A stretch of DNA of 64,000 nt from Escherichia coli (GCF_030013595.1 NZ_CP122768.1), one strand, 5' to 3'; positions 1-8,514 are shown, numbered from the stretch's first letter. Numbers and translations are program-made. Notes: generated from the sequence alone by a model not told the origin.

Positions 1-293
1 TTAACTGGGCTTTTCTCTATCTGCCGTTGGTGTTCATGCCCGAGGCAGATAGCCTCAAGCACACGCAGCAATTTTACTTAACTATTTTTCCGAAAAATTA
101 ATTATTACTAATGCATAGTTTATAAATCACACGATGATATTATAAATCTAGTGTAAGGGAACATTTAAGTTAAGAATCACATTTTACTAGCCAAAAACAT
201 AAAACAGATCTCTTAATAATAAGCAGCTTTTATATAAAAACCACGATGTGTTTTCATAATAATATGCAGTACCAGCTACTCAGCAATATGAGG

Positions 294-812
294 TTATTCA
301 GTCAAGCTTTTGCGCCCGTACGCACTTCTCAAACTTGCACATGTTTCTCTAATCCTAACAATTTGCATACAATCAGGTCTTAGAGGTCGGTTGTGAACAT
401 CACTATCATATGTCATGGCTTGGCGTAATTCCTTAAACAATTTTGCCTTATATTTTTCACCACCGGCCCTTTCAATTTCTTTAGCGATAGTAGTTAAACT
501 CTTAACCTCCCTACTCATTTTTGCTAACGCCAGTGTAGGTTCTTTATTATTATCTTCAGCCCAGAACTCTAAGGCAAAATCCTCAAGCAACTCCAGTTTT
601 TGTCTAAACTCACCGATCCATTCATTATGAGCATCTTTAATAGCATCTCCTCTACTTTTTGTGGTTTGGAGATAAGCAATATATGCCGTAATCCCCCATC
701 CAACTAAAACTAAAAACCAAGTTACATACTGATTTTCATCTTTAAACAAAGAAAAAAACTTACACCAAAAGTCTGCACTCCAAGTACAGACCTGGATACT
801 TGAATTAGCCAT
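294..812 (-). CDS. hypothetical single-pass membrane protein; third gene of AT-rich cargo operon
   Basis: 172-aa ORF; hydrophobic stretch VTWFLVLVGWGITAYIAYL near the N-terminus then a charged helical tail; start ATG overlaps the stop of the upstream gene (8-nt overlap); AT-rich. Confidence 0.55.
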   Translation of the reverse strand: MANSSIQVCTWSADFWCKFFSLFKDENQYVTWFLVLVGWGITAYIAYLQTTKSRGDAIKDAHNEWIGEFRQKLELLEDFALEFWAEDNNKEPTLALAKMSREVKSLTTIAKEIERAGGEKYKAKLFKELRQAMTYDSDVHNRPLRPDCMQIVRIRETCASLRSAYGRKSLTE

Positions 813-1119
813 GAGATACCTTTATAGCGTCCTCGATATATTCATTTATCTCGTCAATTAACTCAGGTTCTTCTTCTGAGATAAATTTAATCCCTTTAAC
901 CTTATCAGGACTCACGCCACGCCTAATCAATCCGCCAAAGCACTCCTCCAAGAAAGAAGAACCATACCCCTCCGTTCCATCAAGGTCTATTGTTAGATCT
1001 GGTGAATGTTTAAGCTCTCTTTCTACCCACTCACGAAACTCCTCACCAGAAGCGGGCCCCAATCTTTTAAAACGAGGTCCTGGGCAAGGATAACGACTGG
1101 CTACTTTTATAATTTTCAT
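805..1119 (-). CDS. small STAS-like (DUF4325-type) protein; second gene of cargo operon
   Basis: About 104 aa from the internal Met (MKIIKVAS...), with GAGGTGGA Shine-Dalgarno upstream and 1 nt after the upstream stop; motif LTIDLDGTEGYGSSFLEECFGGL resembles STAS/anti-sigma-antagonist folds; the ORF track gives a longer 805..1158 version. Confidence 0.6.
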   Translation of the reverse strand: MKIIKVASRYPCPGPRFKRLGPASGEEFREWVERELKHSPDLTIDLDGTEGYGSSFLEECFGGLIRRGVSPDKVKGIKFISEEEPELIDEINEYIEDAIKVSHG

Positions 1120-1120
1120 A

Positions 1121-2287
1121 CTACTCAGTTTCCACCTCACAAGGAATTGTCCATTCAATTATAGTACCATTAACAGAGCTTTTGTAATCTCTAAGCACTT
1201 CGTTAATAATGCCAGTTTTCCCTTTGTAAATATAGCGCCCTTTTGATGAAAAAATCCCCATAAAACCATCACCTATTGAATCGATTACCGATTTGATATC
1301 ATTCAAGCCTTTACCTCGGTTCAGCTCCCCAGTCCTCGTTTCCTGAAGTAACGTGGAAGCCTTTATATAAGTAGAATCCTTTACATTTGCTAATGGAACT
1401 CTAAGTTTTTTGAAGATGTTCATTAGCACACTTACACCTTGTGTTTTAGGCAATGTTGAAGGTATTCCCACTCCTTTATCACATATTACCACTGTAAGAT
1501 TTTTGTCATGTATGCCAGCAAAGGTCCACCACTTAGCTGTTTCGTCATCTTCCGTATGCATTAAATCATCAACATAAGCATGCTCGACAGAATTAGACAT
1601 GGCCTCAGTAAAGCCACGGTATAATTTTTTTGATGATTTTCTTTCTAACTCTTTTTTTATTTCCACCATCATTTCTTTTGCTAAAAGAGGCTCAGAACAA
1701 GAACCTGATGTATATTTCCAAAAAGTCACATCATCATAACTTTCAGTTTCTCTTTTAGGTTTCCTTAATAGATCATAGAAACCGACTTGATTCAAAATGC
1801 TTTCAATTTTCTTGTCTTTCGGATGTGAAAACCCTATGGCATTTACTCCAAATTCACTTTTCTTAATAAGCACATCAACTTCAGCGAGAAAAGATAACAT
1901 AGCAGCTGCACTTATATATTTAGTTGAAGAAAAATCTATATAAACACGATTATTCTTCAACACGCAATCGCGTAAATTATTTAAAAATTTATTCATGATT
2001 TCAAAATCACGATCGTTGTAATAATTAATAGATATCGGAGCAGAAAAAACCACCCTTTTATTACTTGTTGTCAACTTTTTCTTCGAGACTCGTAGCTTAC
2101 GAGTGCGTTTGTAATATTCCAGTTTTCTCTTCGCATTTTCTACTCCTTCCCAATCCGTGCTTTTCAGAGAATTAAATATCCCCCTCTTCAGTTTCGAAAC
2201 TTGCCCGCGATAGTTTAGTTTTTGAACTTTTCTTCTTTTTTGCAGATTCATAAATATTTTCACATTTGATAACATCGCAGATATCAT
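1121..2287 (-). CDS. GHKL/HATPase_c-type ATPase (anti-sigma-factor-kinase-like) with basic N-terminus and a STAS-like middle region; first gene of cargo operon
   Basis: 388-aa ORF; Bergerat-fold motifs read from translation: N-box-like EAMSNSVEHAY, G1-like VVICDKGVGIP, G2-like NRGKGLNDIK, then GT motif; middle region RVYIDFSSTKYISAAAMLSFLAEVDVL resembles STAS; AT-rich. Confidence 0.65.
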   Translation of the reverse strand: MISAMLSNVKIFMNLQKRRKVQKLNYRGQVSKLKRGIFNSLKSTDWEGVENAKRKLEYYKRTRKLRVSKKKLTTSNKRVVFSAPISINYYNDRDFEIMNKFLNNLRDCVLKNNRVYIDFSSTKYISAAAMLSFLAEVDVLIKKSEFGVNAIGFSHPKDKKIESILNQVGFYDLLRKPKRETESYDDVTFWKYTSGSCSEPLLAKEMMVEIKKELERKSSKKLYRGFTEAMSNSVEHAYVDDLMHTEDDETAKWWTFAGIHDKNLTVVICDKGVGIPSTLPKTQGVSVLMNIFKKLRVPLANVKDSTYIKASTLLQETRTGELNRGKGLNDIKSVIDSIGDGFMGIFSSKGRYIYKGKTGIINEVLRDYKSSVNGTIIEWTIPCEVETE

Positions 2288-2657
2288 ATTTCACATGAAA
2301 AATTTTTTGTAGCCCCTCCATCAAAGAAAATCGCTGCCTTTATCAAAAACATTTCGAAATTGTCAGCAACTTAACGTCCCCCCACCCCAACAGTAAAATT
2401 GATCCCACTAGCTCAAGTGAAAGTCACCCCGTAACATCCTGTTGATACCCAGCGCCTGCGCTTTCGCTCTTACAGCATAACAAGAACGATCGATCCCCCA
2501 TATGCTTTCTACCGTCAACGTGCCTACACACTGACCTGAGTGCCATGATTTCCCTCATGCATAACCTGTTCACCGAATATCTCTCGAAAACCATTCTGGT
2601 AAAACGCCAGTACGCGCTGCATAGCTTCGCTCCTCCGACACTCGCGACAGATTATGT

Positions 2658-2999
2658 TCAGACGCCTGTCATAGCGGCGTATTTCTCCGTCTGGTAATGA
2701 ATAAACCAGGTCCGGGTCGCTCTTTTTTTCACTGCTGCTTTCGACATCTTTTTGCGGGCCTTTATCCAGTCCTTACGTGCCTGTTCAGACGGAAATAACC
2801 CGTAGCCGGAGTTGTATAAATCGCCACTGGCAACCAGCTCTCTGGCAAGAACACTCATCAGATACCTTGTCGCACCTGTCTTAGCTTCCAGTTGTCGTAA
2901 CGTCTCGCGCCCACTCTGGTGCACGAGCTCAACAACCTTCCCCTTAATTTTTTCCCGCTCTTCTTGTGTAAATACTTTTGCCATAAGCGCCTCCGGCAA
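2658..2999 (-). CDS. phage hypothetical protein
   Basis: 113-aa ORF directly downstream of and co-directional with the replication-module genes; no recognisable motif. Confidence 0.45.
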   Translation of the reverse strand: MPEALMAKVFTQEEREKIKGKVVELVHQSGRETLRQLEAKTGATRYLMSVLARELVASGDLYNSGYGLFPSEQARKDWIKARKKMSKAAVKKRATRTWFIHYQTEKYAAMTGV

Positions 3000-3770
3000 T
3001 CACTTTTCCGATGCAACATGGCGGGAAGAATCAGTAATCTGTCGTACAATATCCCTGTGCTTGTTCAACTCACGCAGCGCGGCGCAGACACGCTCCCACT
3101 TCTGGGCATGACTTTTCGCCCGGCGCAGTTCGCGGTTTGCCATATGCAGCGATGGTAAAATCAGGCCATCAGCTCGTGTTTCAGTGAACGATGGCAGCGA
3201 CTGCACAATGTCCGCCACAGTTTCTGTTTTAATATCTTCCTGTGTTGCAGCTTCCTGTACTGGTAACGCAACACTTGCTGGCTGAGGAAAGGCTTTACCA
3301 TCAGTTTCCGCTACCAATGCAGCTTTCGGCTCTGCTGGTAAATTATCGCCCGGTATGCAGTAGCGAAATTTACCGTTCTGGTTTACGCGTGCCAGCCGCC
3401 CCGTTGCGGTTACTACCGCCAGCGTGGAAGCAACCTTGCGAGTGCTGACACCGAACTTACCCGCCAGTTCCTCACACGTTTTAGCTCCCTCCTGACCGAT
3501 AAACTCAATCATCATGTCAGCGGTAACTTTTCGTTCGACCTCCCTGGTTAGCACATCCTGTACTTCAGATTGTGCTGGCTGCTCTTCGGCTACCCCTGAT
3601 TCACCTTCGCCAGCCACACGCCAGGTGTATACGCTTTTATCAACGAAGCCAGCCTTTTTCAGTTCCCACAGCTCGTTCAGTACTTCTTCACGACTGATAT
3701 CAAGTCGCGCAGCCAGCTCTACCGACGTGGCTTTTCCCATCGCTTTCAGTGCGTCAAAAACGGTCTCCAT
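3000..3770 (-). CDS. phage DNA-binding protein, winged-helix-like (YdaW-position gene, appears full length)
   Basis: ORF 3000..3821; likely start at internal Met [30 protein letters not shown] (HTH-like); follows the ydaV-like gene. Confidence 0.5.
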   Translation of the reverse strand: METVFDALKAMGKATSVELAARLDISREEVLNELWELKKAGFVDKSVYTWRVAGEGESGVAEEQPAQSEVQDVLTREVERKVTADMMIEFIGQEGAKTCEELAGKFGVSTRKVASTLAVVTATGRLARVNQNGKFRYCIPGDNLPAEPKAALVAETDGKAFPQPASVALPVQEAATQEDIKTETVADIVQSLPSFTETRADGLILPSLHMANRELRRAKSHAQKWERVCAALRELNKHRDIVRQITDSSRHVASEK

Positions 3771-3792
3771 TAAAATTTCCTCCCGGTAAAAA

Positions 3793-4539
3793 TTACTTCT
3801 CAATACCTGGCTGACCAACATTCGGGCGCCAGCTCTCCCAGTTAAAATTCACCCAGCGCCCGCCGTTCATGGTCATGCGGTCCATAATCCGCTCGCCGAG
3901 CAGCGTTTTCATGGCCTCATAGTTCAGGTTTGTCAGCATTCCCACGCTGCGCATCGACGCTGTCCGGCGATCAACAATCTGGTGCAGTACCACCTGCTCG
4001 TTTTTCGTCTCGCGCTGAATGCCAATTTCATCAAGAACCAGCAGATCCACTTCGCACAGTTCCCGCAAAAATTTTTCGCCTGATTGCCCGTCGTCATAGC
4101 TGGCGTGTAGAGCACTCATAACATCAGCCACGGTAACCACAATCACTGTCTGGCCATCTTTCAGCAGGCGATTCCCGATAGCCGCCGCTAAGTGGTTTTT
4201 CCCGGTACCAGGTTTTCCGCTGAATGCGAAATTTGTGCATCCGGTCATCAGTTCATCGGCGATGGATTTCGCCTGGCTCAGCGCGTATCGCTGGTCGTCA
4301 TTCTGCACCTGGTAATTCGCAAACGAGCACTTGCGGTGCAACGGCTGGATGCCGGAGCGATTCAGAATTTTTTCCACCCGCAACTGACGATTCTGGCGGT
4401 TGATCTCCTCGCAACGCTTCTGGCCTTCTGCAAGTTGCCACTCGCGCCACTCGTCCACTGTTCGGTATGGCGCGGTTACATGCTGCGGAGCCAGCTTACG
4501 GATGCGTTCAAGAACACCGCCTGTCGCAATATTTTTCAT
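3793..4539 (-). CDS. ydaV: Rac prophage DnaC/IstB-like replication ATPase (helicase loader)
   Basis: 248 aa; Walker [16 protein letters not shown] and DnaC-like layout; matches remembered YdaV length. Confidence 0.85.
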   Translation of the reverse strand: MKNIATGGVLERIRKLAPQHVTAPYRTVDEWREWQLAEGQKRCEEINRQNRQLRVEKILNRSGIQPLHRKCSFANYQVQNDDQRYALSQAKSIADELMTGCTNFAFSGKPGTGKNHLAAAIGNRLLKDGQTVIVVTVADVMSALHASYDDGQSGEKFLRELCEVDLLVLDEIGIQRETKNEQVVLHQIVDRRTASMRSVGMLTNLNYEAMKTLLGERIMDRMTMNGGRWVNFNWESWRPNVGQPGIEK

Positions 4540-4545
4540 GCTTCG

Positions 4546-5430
4546 TTACCCCCTGAAGCCTGGTGGGATCGCACTGTCCGGAAACGAGACGGTGTTAACC
4601 TGTCGAAGCAACGTCTCAGGCCGAACGCCTTTCGGCGCGAACAAGCCCTGGTATTCATGGGCAATGCTGTGTCTAATCACCTGCTCAGGGGTAAAACCCT
4701 GCTGGCGGAATTTTTCCAGCTCCCGTATCGCCCCGTTAGCGCCCTGCTCCGTTCGAATCGGTTTTCGCAATGCCTGCCTGAATTGAACCCACTCATGCCA
4801 GAGTGTTTCCGGCAACCACTCAGGCAGAGCAACTGACAACGGGTCGAATTTTTTAGTCGCTCGTTTTTGGTGAGGGAGATTTAGAGGGAGATCAGTATTT
4901 ATATCTTCCTCTTCCTCTTCCTCTTCCTCTTCCTCTTCCTCTGGTAACGCTTTTTGATCCGTTTGTGTAACGCTGGCAGCGTTACCTTTTCGTTTCAGTT
5001 CACGTATTTTTGTTACTCGCTCGTTTGTAACCGCCCGTTTTTTTGAGCTTTTTCCGTTATGACGTTCAAAGTTAGGTAGCGAAAGCCCACCGTCATTTTC
5101 GACCAGCCATCCAACCTGAATTAGCGCATCAGCAAAACCAGCCATAAAAGTGATGCGATCTATTGCACTTTTTGTAACGCTGCGAGCGTTACACTCTACG
5201 TTACCGTCTATCATTTGTTGATCCGCCCATACCCAGAAGCGAATGACTTTCCCTAATGCGGCATCTGGATCAATATTCAGAATCTCAGCAAGCCTGAATA
5301 TTTCCGGCTTATCCGGCGTAATAACCTCGAGCTTTATCCAGTTTGAAGCCATATTGTTTTCACCTTGTAACGCTGTGAGCGTTACATTTAACTGATACCG
5401 AACAAAACAGTCCGGCACGATTAATTTCAA
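4546..5430 (-). CDS. ydaU: Rac prophage replication-initiation-like protein with internal poly-Glu tract
   Basis: 294-aa ORF in YdaU position; contains 12 consecutive Glu encoded by a hexanucleotide repeat. Confidence 0.8.
   Translation of the reverse strand: MKLIVPDCFVRYQLNVTLTALQGENNMASNWIKLEVITPDKPEIFRLAEILNIDPDAALGKVIRFWVWADQQMIDGNVECNARSVTKSAIDRITFMAGFADALIQVGWLVENDGGLSLPNFERHNGKSSKKRAVTNERVTKIRELKRKGNAASVTQTDQKALPEEEEEEEEEEEEDINTDLPLNLPHQKRATKKFDPLSVALPEWLPETLWHEWVQFRQALRKPIRTEQGANGAIRELEKFRQQGFTPEQVIRHSIAHEYQGLFAPKGVRPETLLRQVNTVSFPDSAIPPGFRG
4905..4940. repeat. perfect hexanucleotide tandem repeat (CTTCCT)x6 on + strand, encoding poly-Glu in ydaU-like gene
   Basis: Read directly: cttcct repeated six times. 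Confidence 0.9.
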
Positions 5431-5853
5431 TCAATGCACTACAACAGAATCGTCGGACGCTCCACCACCGCTGAAATGTGCTTTCCGGTAAACGGCCTGG
5501 ACTGCATCATCATGCGCATCAATTGCCGTACTCAACGCTTCCTGCGCCGCCAGTAATGCACGGCGTTCCAGGGTATCGAAGATGCAGAGTCGATGACGCA
5601 GCTCCCGCGGAAGGATTGCCAGAATTGCTGGGATCAGCTTCTGAATTTTTTCCCTTTGCGCTTCCGTTTCACCTTTTAACCAACGATGATAGATATTCTG
5701 CTGATTGTTCCAGTCCCTGCCTGGTACCAAGGGCAATTCGCCGTCCCCCTGGCGCAGATATTCTTCAGTAATTGCATTGGCTACCCATGCCTGCCCTTTT
5801 TCAGCGGCCAGGGCTAACAGCACTGATTCAATGTGCTCATGCCTGATTTTCAT
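5431..5853 (-). CDS. ydaT: Rac prophage protein YdaT-like
   Basis: 140-aa ORF in conserved position and of matching length to K-12 YdaT. Confidence 0.8.
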   Translation of the reverse strand: MKIRHEHIESVLLALAAEKGQAWVANAITEEYLRQGDGELPLVPGRDWNNQQNIYHRWLKGETEAQREKIQKLIPAILAILPRELRHRLCIFDTLERRALLAAQEALSTAIDAHDDAVQAVYRKAHFSGGGASDDSVVVH

Positions 5854-6139
5854 GAATCAACTCCTGTGCATTTTGTGTGTTAGCTTTACATCCAACAGGT
5901 AAACCATCGGTCGGATTCGGGTAGATATCAGGCCGAAGTTCATGAGGTGTAACCTCGAAATTCGTAGCCTCCGCGATACGCAATACCTTTTCGGGGCTTA
6001 ACTGACTACGGCCAGTAGCTACGAGGCTAATCATTGATTGCGAACAACCAGCGAGTGCAGCCAAACAAGACTGTCGTACACGATTTTTTTTCAAATATTC
6101 ATCTAATGTCATAAGGGTCACCTTAGTAATGCCTGTCAA
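5837..6139 (-). CDS. ydaS: Cro-like HTH regulator YdaS-like
   Basis: 100-aa ORF divergent from racR; HTH segment QSCLAALAGCSQSMISLVATG; start may be the internal Met (MTLDEYL). Confidence 0.8.
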   Translation of the reverse strand: MTGITKVTLMTLDEYLKKNRVRQSCLAALAGCSQSMISLVATGRSQLSPEKVLRIAEATNFEVTPHELRPDIYPNPTDGLPVGCKANTQNAQELIHENQA

Positions 6140-6216
6140 AATATTAACTATATTAATTTAAATGATCAATACCTATATCAGTTTGAGATTATGAGTTGTG
6201 TTCATAAGATGGTGGT

Positions 6217-6681
6217 ATGAGAAGAAAACGCGAAGAAATCGCATCGCCAGAAGCTACGCAGCGTCTGCGCGCAGTCTGGGATGCCAAAAAAAGAGAGCTC
6301 AAACTGACTCAGGAGCTTGCTGCTGAGCTAATGGGCTTTGAGACTCAATCCACAGTTAGCCACTATCTCAACGGAAAGGCTCCACTAAACACTGATGCAG
6401 CATTAAAATTCGCTGTATTACTAAGAGTTAAGCCTGAAGAGTTGAGGCCTGATTTAGCTGATCTGATGAATTACGTCCGTTCCTCAGGAACTTATGACGA
6501 AAGTTTCGAAGGAGAAGGTTGGCGGATGGTTAACAAGCAACAAGCTGATTTACTGGATCTTTTTGAAATCCTACCCGAATCAGAAAAAGCAAAACTAATC
6601 GAAAGGCTTAAAGGTCAGAATGAACTCTACAAAGAAGCGTTTGAAAAGATGCTGGCAGCTCAGAAACGCATGAAGAAATAG
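6217..6681 (+). CDS. racR: Rac prophage repressor (CI-like HTH)
   Basis: 154-aa ORF with HTH (TQELAAELMGFETQSTVSHYLNG), divergent from ydaS. Confidence 0.8.
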   Translation: MRRKREEIASPEATQRLRAVWDAKKRELKLTQELAAELMGFETQSTVSHYLNGKAPLNTDAALKFAVLLRVKPEELRPDLADLMNYVRSSGTYDESFEGEGWRMVNKQQADLLDLFEILPESEKAKLIERLKGQNELYKEAFEKMLAAQKRMKK

Positions 6682-6701
6682 CTCCCGTAACCTCGTAACT
6701 A

Positions 6702-6727
6702 AACCGCCATTTTTGGCGGTTTTTTTG
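6702..6727 (+). terminator. rho-independent terminator after racR
   Basis: Hairpin ccgcca-tttt-tggcgg followed by a T-run. Confidence 0.65.
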
Positions 6728-6916
6728 TCCCCTCTGCACCCTCACCTTTCTTTTTTATCAAAAAAAACACTAAAAATTTCATTACGATAGTACATTTTTA
6801 TCAATAAAATGCATATTTGTGTTGATCACTTATATGAATATAACTAATATTATTGCAGAAGCAGCACGGCGCTGTAGGTTTTAGTTCCGCCACCCGGCGT
6901 TAAAGGGAGAGATAAA

Positions 6917-7051
6917 ATGGTGCATTACGAAGTAGTTCAGTATTTGATGGATTGTTACGGCATCACTTACAGCCAGGCTGTACAGGCTCTACGCAGCAAC
7001 GACTGGGATCTCTGGCAGGCAGAAGCCTCTATCCGCAACAACAAGATGTGA
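6917..7051 (+). CDS. ydaG: Rac prophage small protein YdaG
   Basis: 44-aa ORF MVHYEVVQYLMDCYGITYSQAVQALRSNDWDLWQAEASIRNNKM, near-identical to remembered K-12 YdaG; GGGAGAG Shine-Dalgarno. Confidence 0.7.
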   Translation: MVHYEVVQYLMDCYGITYSQAVQALRSNDWDLWQAEASIRNNKM

Positions 7052-7062
7052 GGGTTTCCAAA

Positions 7063-7215
7063 ATGCAAAAAATCGACCTCGGCAACAACGAATCCCTAGT
7101 GTGTGGCGTGTTCCCCAACCAGGATGGAACGTTCACCGCCATGACTTATACCAAAAGCAAGACATTCAAAACTGAAACGGGCGCACGTCGCTGGCTTGCC
7201 AGAAATACTTGCTGA
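7063..7215 (+). CDS. ydaF: Rac prophage small protein YdaF
   Basis: 50-aa ORF MQKIDLGNNESLVCGVFPNQDGTFTAMTYTKSKTFKTE..., matches remembered YdaF. Confidence 0.7.
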   Translation: MQKIDLGNNESLVCGVFPNQDGTFTAMTYTKSKTFKTETGARRWLARNTC

Positions 7216-7462
7216 TCCATTATTTGGATTAATTCAATATTCTCGCTGTAGGGGTATAGCCGAGGCCACCAAAGCCCGGAGGTGGTGAAATAAAACCGGG
7301 CGCAACACGAAGGCGCATTTCCGATATCCATAAAGAGTCGGTTTTGTCTGTTAAATTTAAATGGTGGGAGTGCTCCTCCGGTTGTAAATAACGACATTGC
7401 TGTGTGTAGTCTTGGCGGCATCAGTTTTTTCTTGAAGTTCGGCTGATGTCCGCCCTTTTTAA

Positions 7463-7630
7463 AGTGAATTTTGTGATGCGGTGAATGCGGCTCAGCGCAC
7501 GCGGAACAGTTAAAAAAGTGATCGGTACTCTGTATTTGTTTTATGGAGTTGGTTTCCCTGTATTCCGGCGTTAATTGTTAACTGGTTAACGTCACCTGGA
7601 GGCACCAGGCACCGCATCACAAAATTCACT
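7463..7630. repeat. 21-bp perfect inverted repeat (AGTGAATTTTGTGATGCGGTG at 7463..7483, reverse complement at 7610..7630) flanking a 126-bp spacer in a non-coding gap
   Basis: Read directly from sequence. Confidence 0.85.
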
Positions 7631-7652
7631 TAGTAACCAAGAAGAGAATTAT

Positions 7653-7925
7653 ATGCAAGAGATAAGTTTTGAAATAACAGCAAAAGATGTACAGGTTAAG
7701 CCCGATTACAATCAAAAATTATGTATTGAAGTCAATGGCGTGAAGTTATCAGACCTGATTGATTCAGTTGAAGATAACGACGCTATTATTGAAATGGTTG
7801 GAGCCGAAGAAATAGCAGAATACTTTTCAACAGAGGGGCGTCTTCATGAGCTTCTGGAAAAATTTTCATATCAGGATATCGCTACATTTCTGGAAATTAA
7901 TGGTTATAAAGTTACCGAGGAATAA
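7653..7925 (+). CDS. hypothetical small strongly acidic protein (prophage early-region gene)
   Basis: 90-aa ORF; about 21 Asp/Glu versus about 8 basic residues by my count; not recognisable as kilR or sieB. Confidence 0.5.
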   Translation: MQEISFEITAKDVQVKPDYNQKLCIEVNGVKLSDLIDSVEDNDAIIEMVGAEEIAEYFSTEGRLHELLEKFSYQDIATFLEINGYKVTEE

Positions 7926-7943
7926 AGTAGCTCAGGTGGCGTT

Positions 7944-8153
7944 ATGGAACGTAATCATCTAACAGCTATCAGTGCCGCACAGAGTAAATTCGCCATCGCT
8001 GTATTTTTACAGGATGAAGAAATGTTTGAGCAGGCCATTATTCAGTTTGCAATTGCGACCGGGAGTAAAATAAATGAACACTTTGTTCGCTCTTGTCATG
8101 ACCGTTTTTCTGACATCAGGCGAAACTCAGGATGTTGTTACCGGAATTTATAA
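7944..8153 (+). CDS. hypothetical small protein (uncertain; overlaps next ORF in another frame)
   Basis: 69-aa ORF with AGGTGG Shine-Dalgarno 6 nt upstream; overlaps 8074..8310 by 80 nt. Confidence 0.3.
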   Translation: MERNHLTAISAAQSKFAIAVFLQDEEMFEQAIIQFAIATGSKINEHFVRSCHDRFSDIRRNSGCCYRNL

Positions 8154-8310
8154 CTCCGAATCTGAATGCAAGGCCGCAGCTATTGAGCAAAAAGTAGCTG
8201 GTGAATGTTTCCCTGTTGAGAAATTTATCCGGCCTGTAGATGAAGAAATTCCCGCAGGCCTCACAGGAGAAAATCATGAAAATAAAATGTGGTTACCACC
8301 TTTGCAATAA
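8074..8310 (+). CDS. hypothetical small protein with hydrophobic N-terminus (kilR-position gene, identity not confirmed)
   Basis: 78-aa ORF with GGGAG Shine-Dalgarno; N-terminal MNTLFALVMTVFLTSG is signal-peptide or TM-like. Confidence 0.4.
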   Translation: MNTLFALVMTVFLTSGETQDVVTGIYNSESECKAAAIEQKVAGECFPVEKFIRPVDEEIPAGLTGENHENKMWLPPLQ

Positions 8311-8440
8311 AGACGTTGAAGAAAGCAAAACCATTAAAAGACCACTTCATTTCATGCGTGGAGTTATCCCAACGACGGAAATGAAAAAATATTGTAGTGA
8401 AAATTGTGCCGAAAAAGACCAGATGGCACACGAACTTTAA
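8276..8440 (+). CDS. ydaE: Rac prophage small Cys-rich protein YdaE
   Basis: 54-aa ORF MKIKCGYHLCNKDVEESKTIKRPLHFMRGVIPTTEMKKYCSENCAEKDQMAHEL with AGGAGAAAA Shine-Dalgarno. Confidence 0.7.
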   Translation: MKIKCGYHLCNKDVEESKTIKRPLHFMRGVIPTTEMKKYCSENCAEKDQMAHEL

Positions 8441-8514
8441 TTAACTGACTATTCGAAACTGAATTTATGCCAGAAATGGCAGGGATTCGCTCAACCTTAA
8501 TTAAGGAGAAAAAC

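Noticed and set aside
7146-7421. 91-aa minus-strand ORF in the ydaF-downstream gap
   Set aside because: Overlaps the ydaF 3' end antisense, has no obvious ribosome-binding site and a low-complexity translation.
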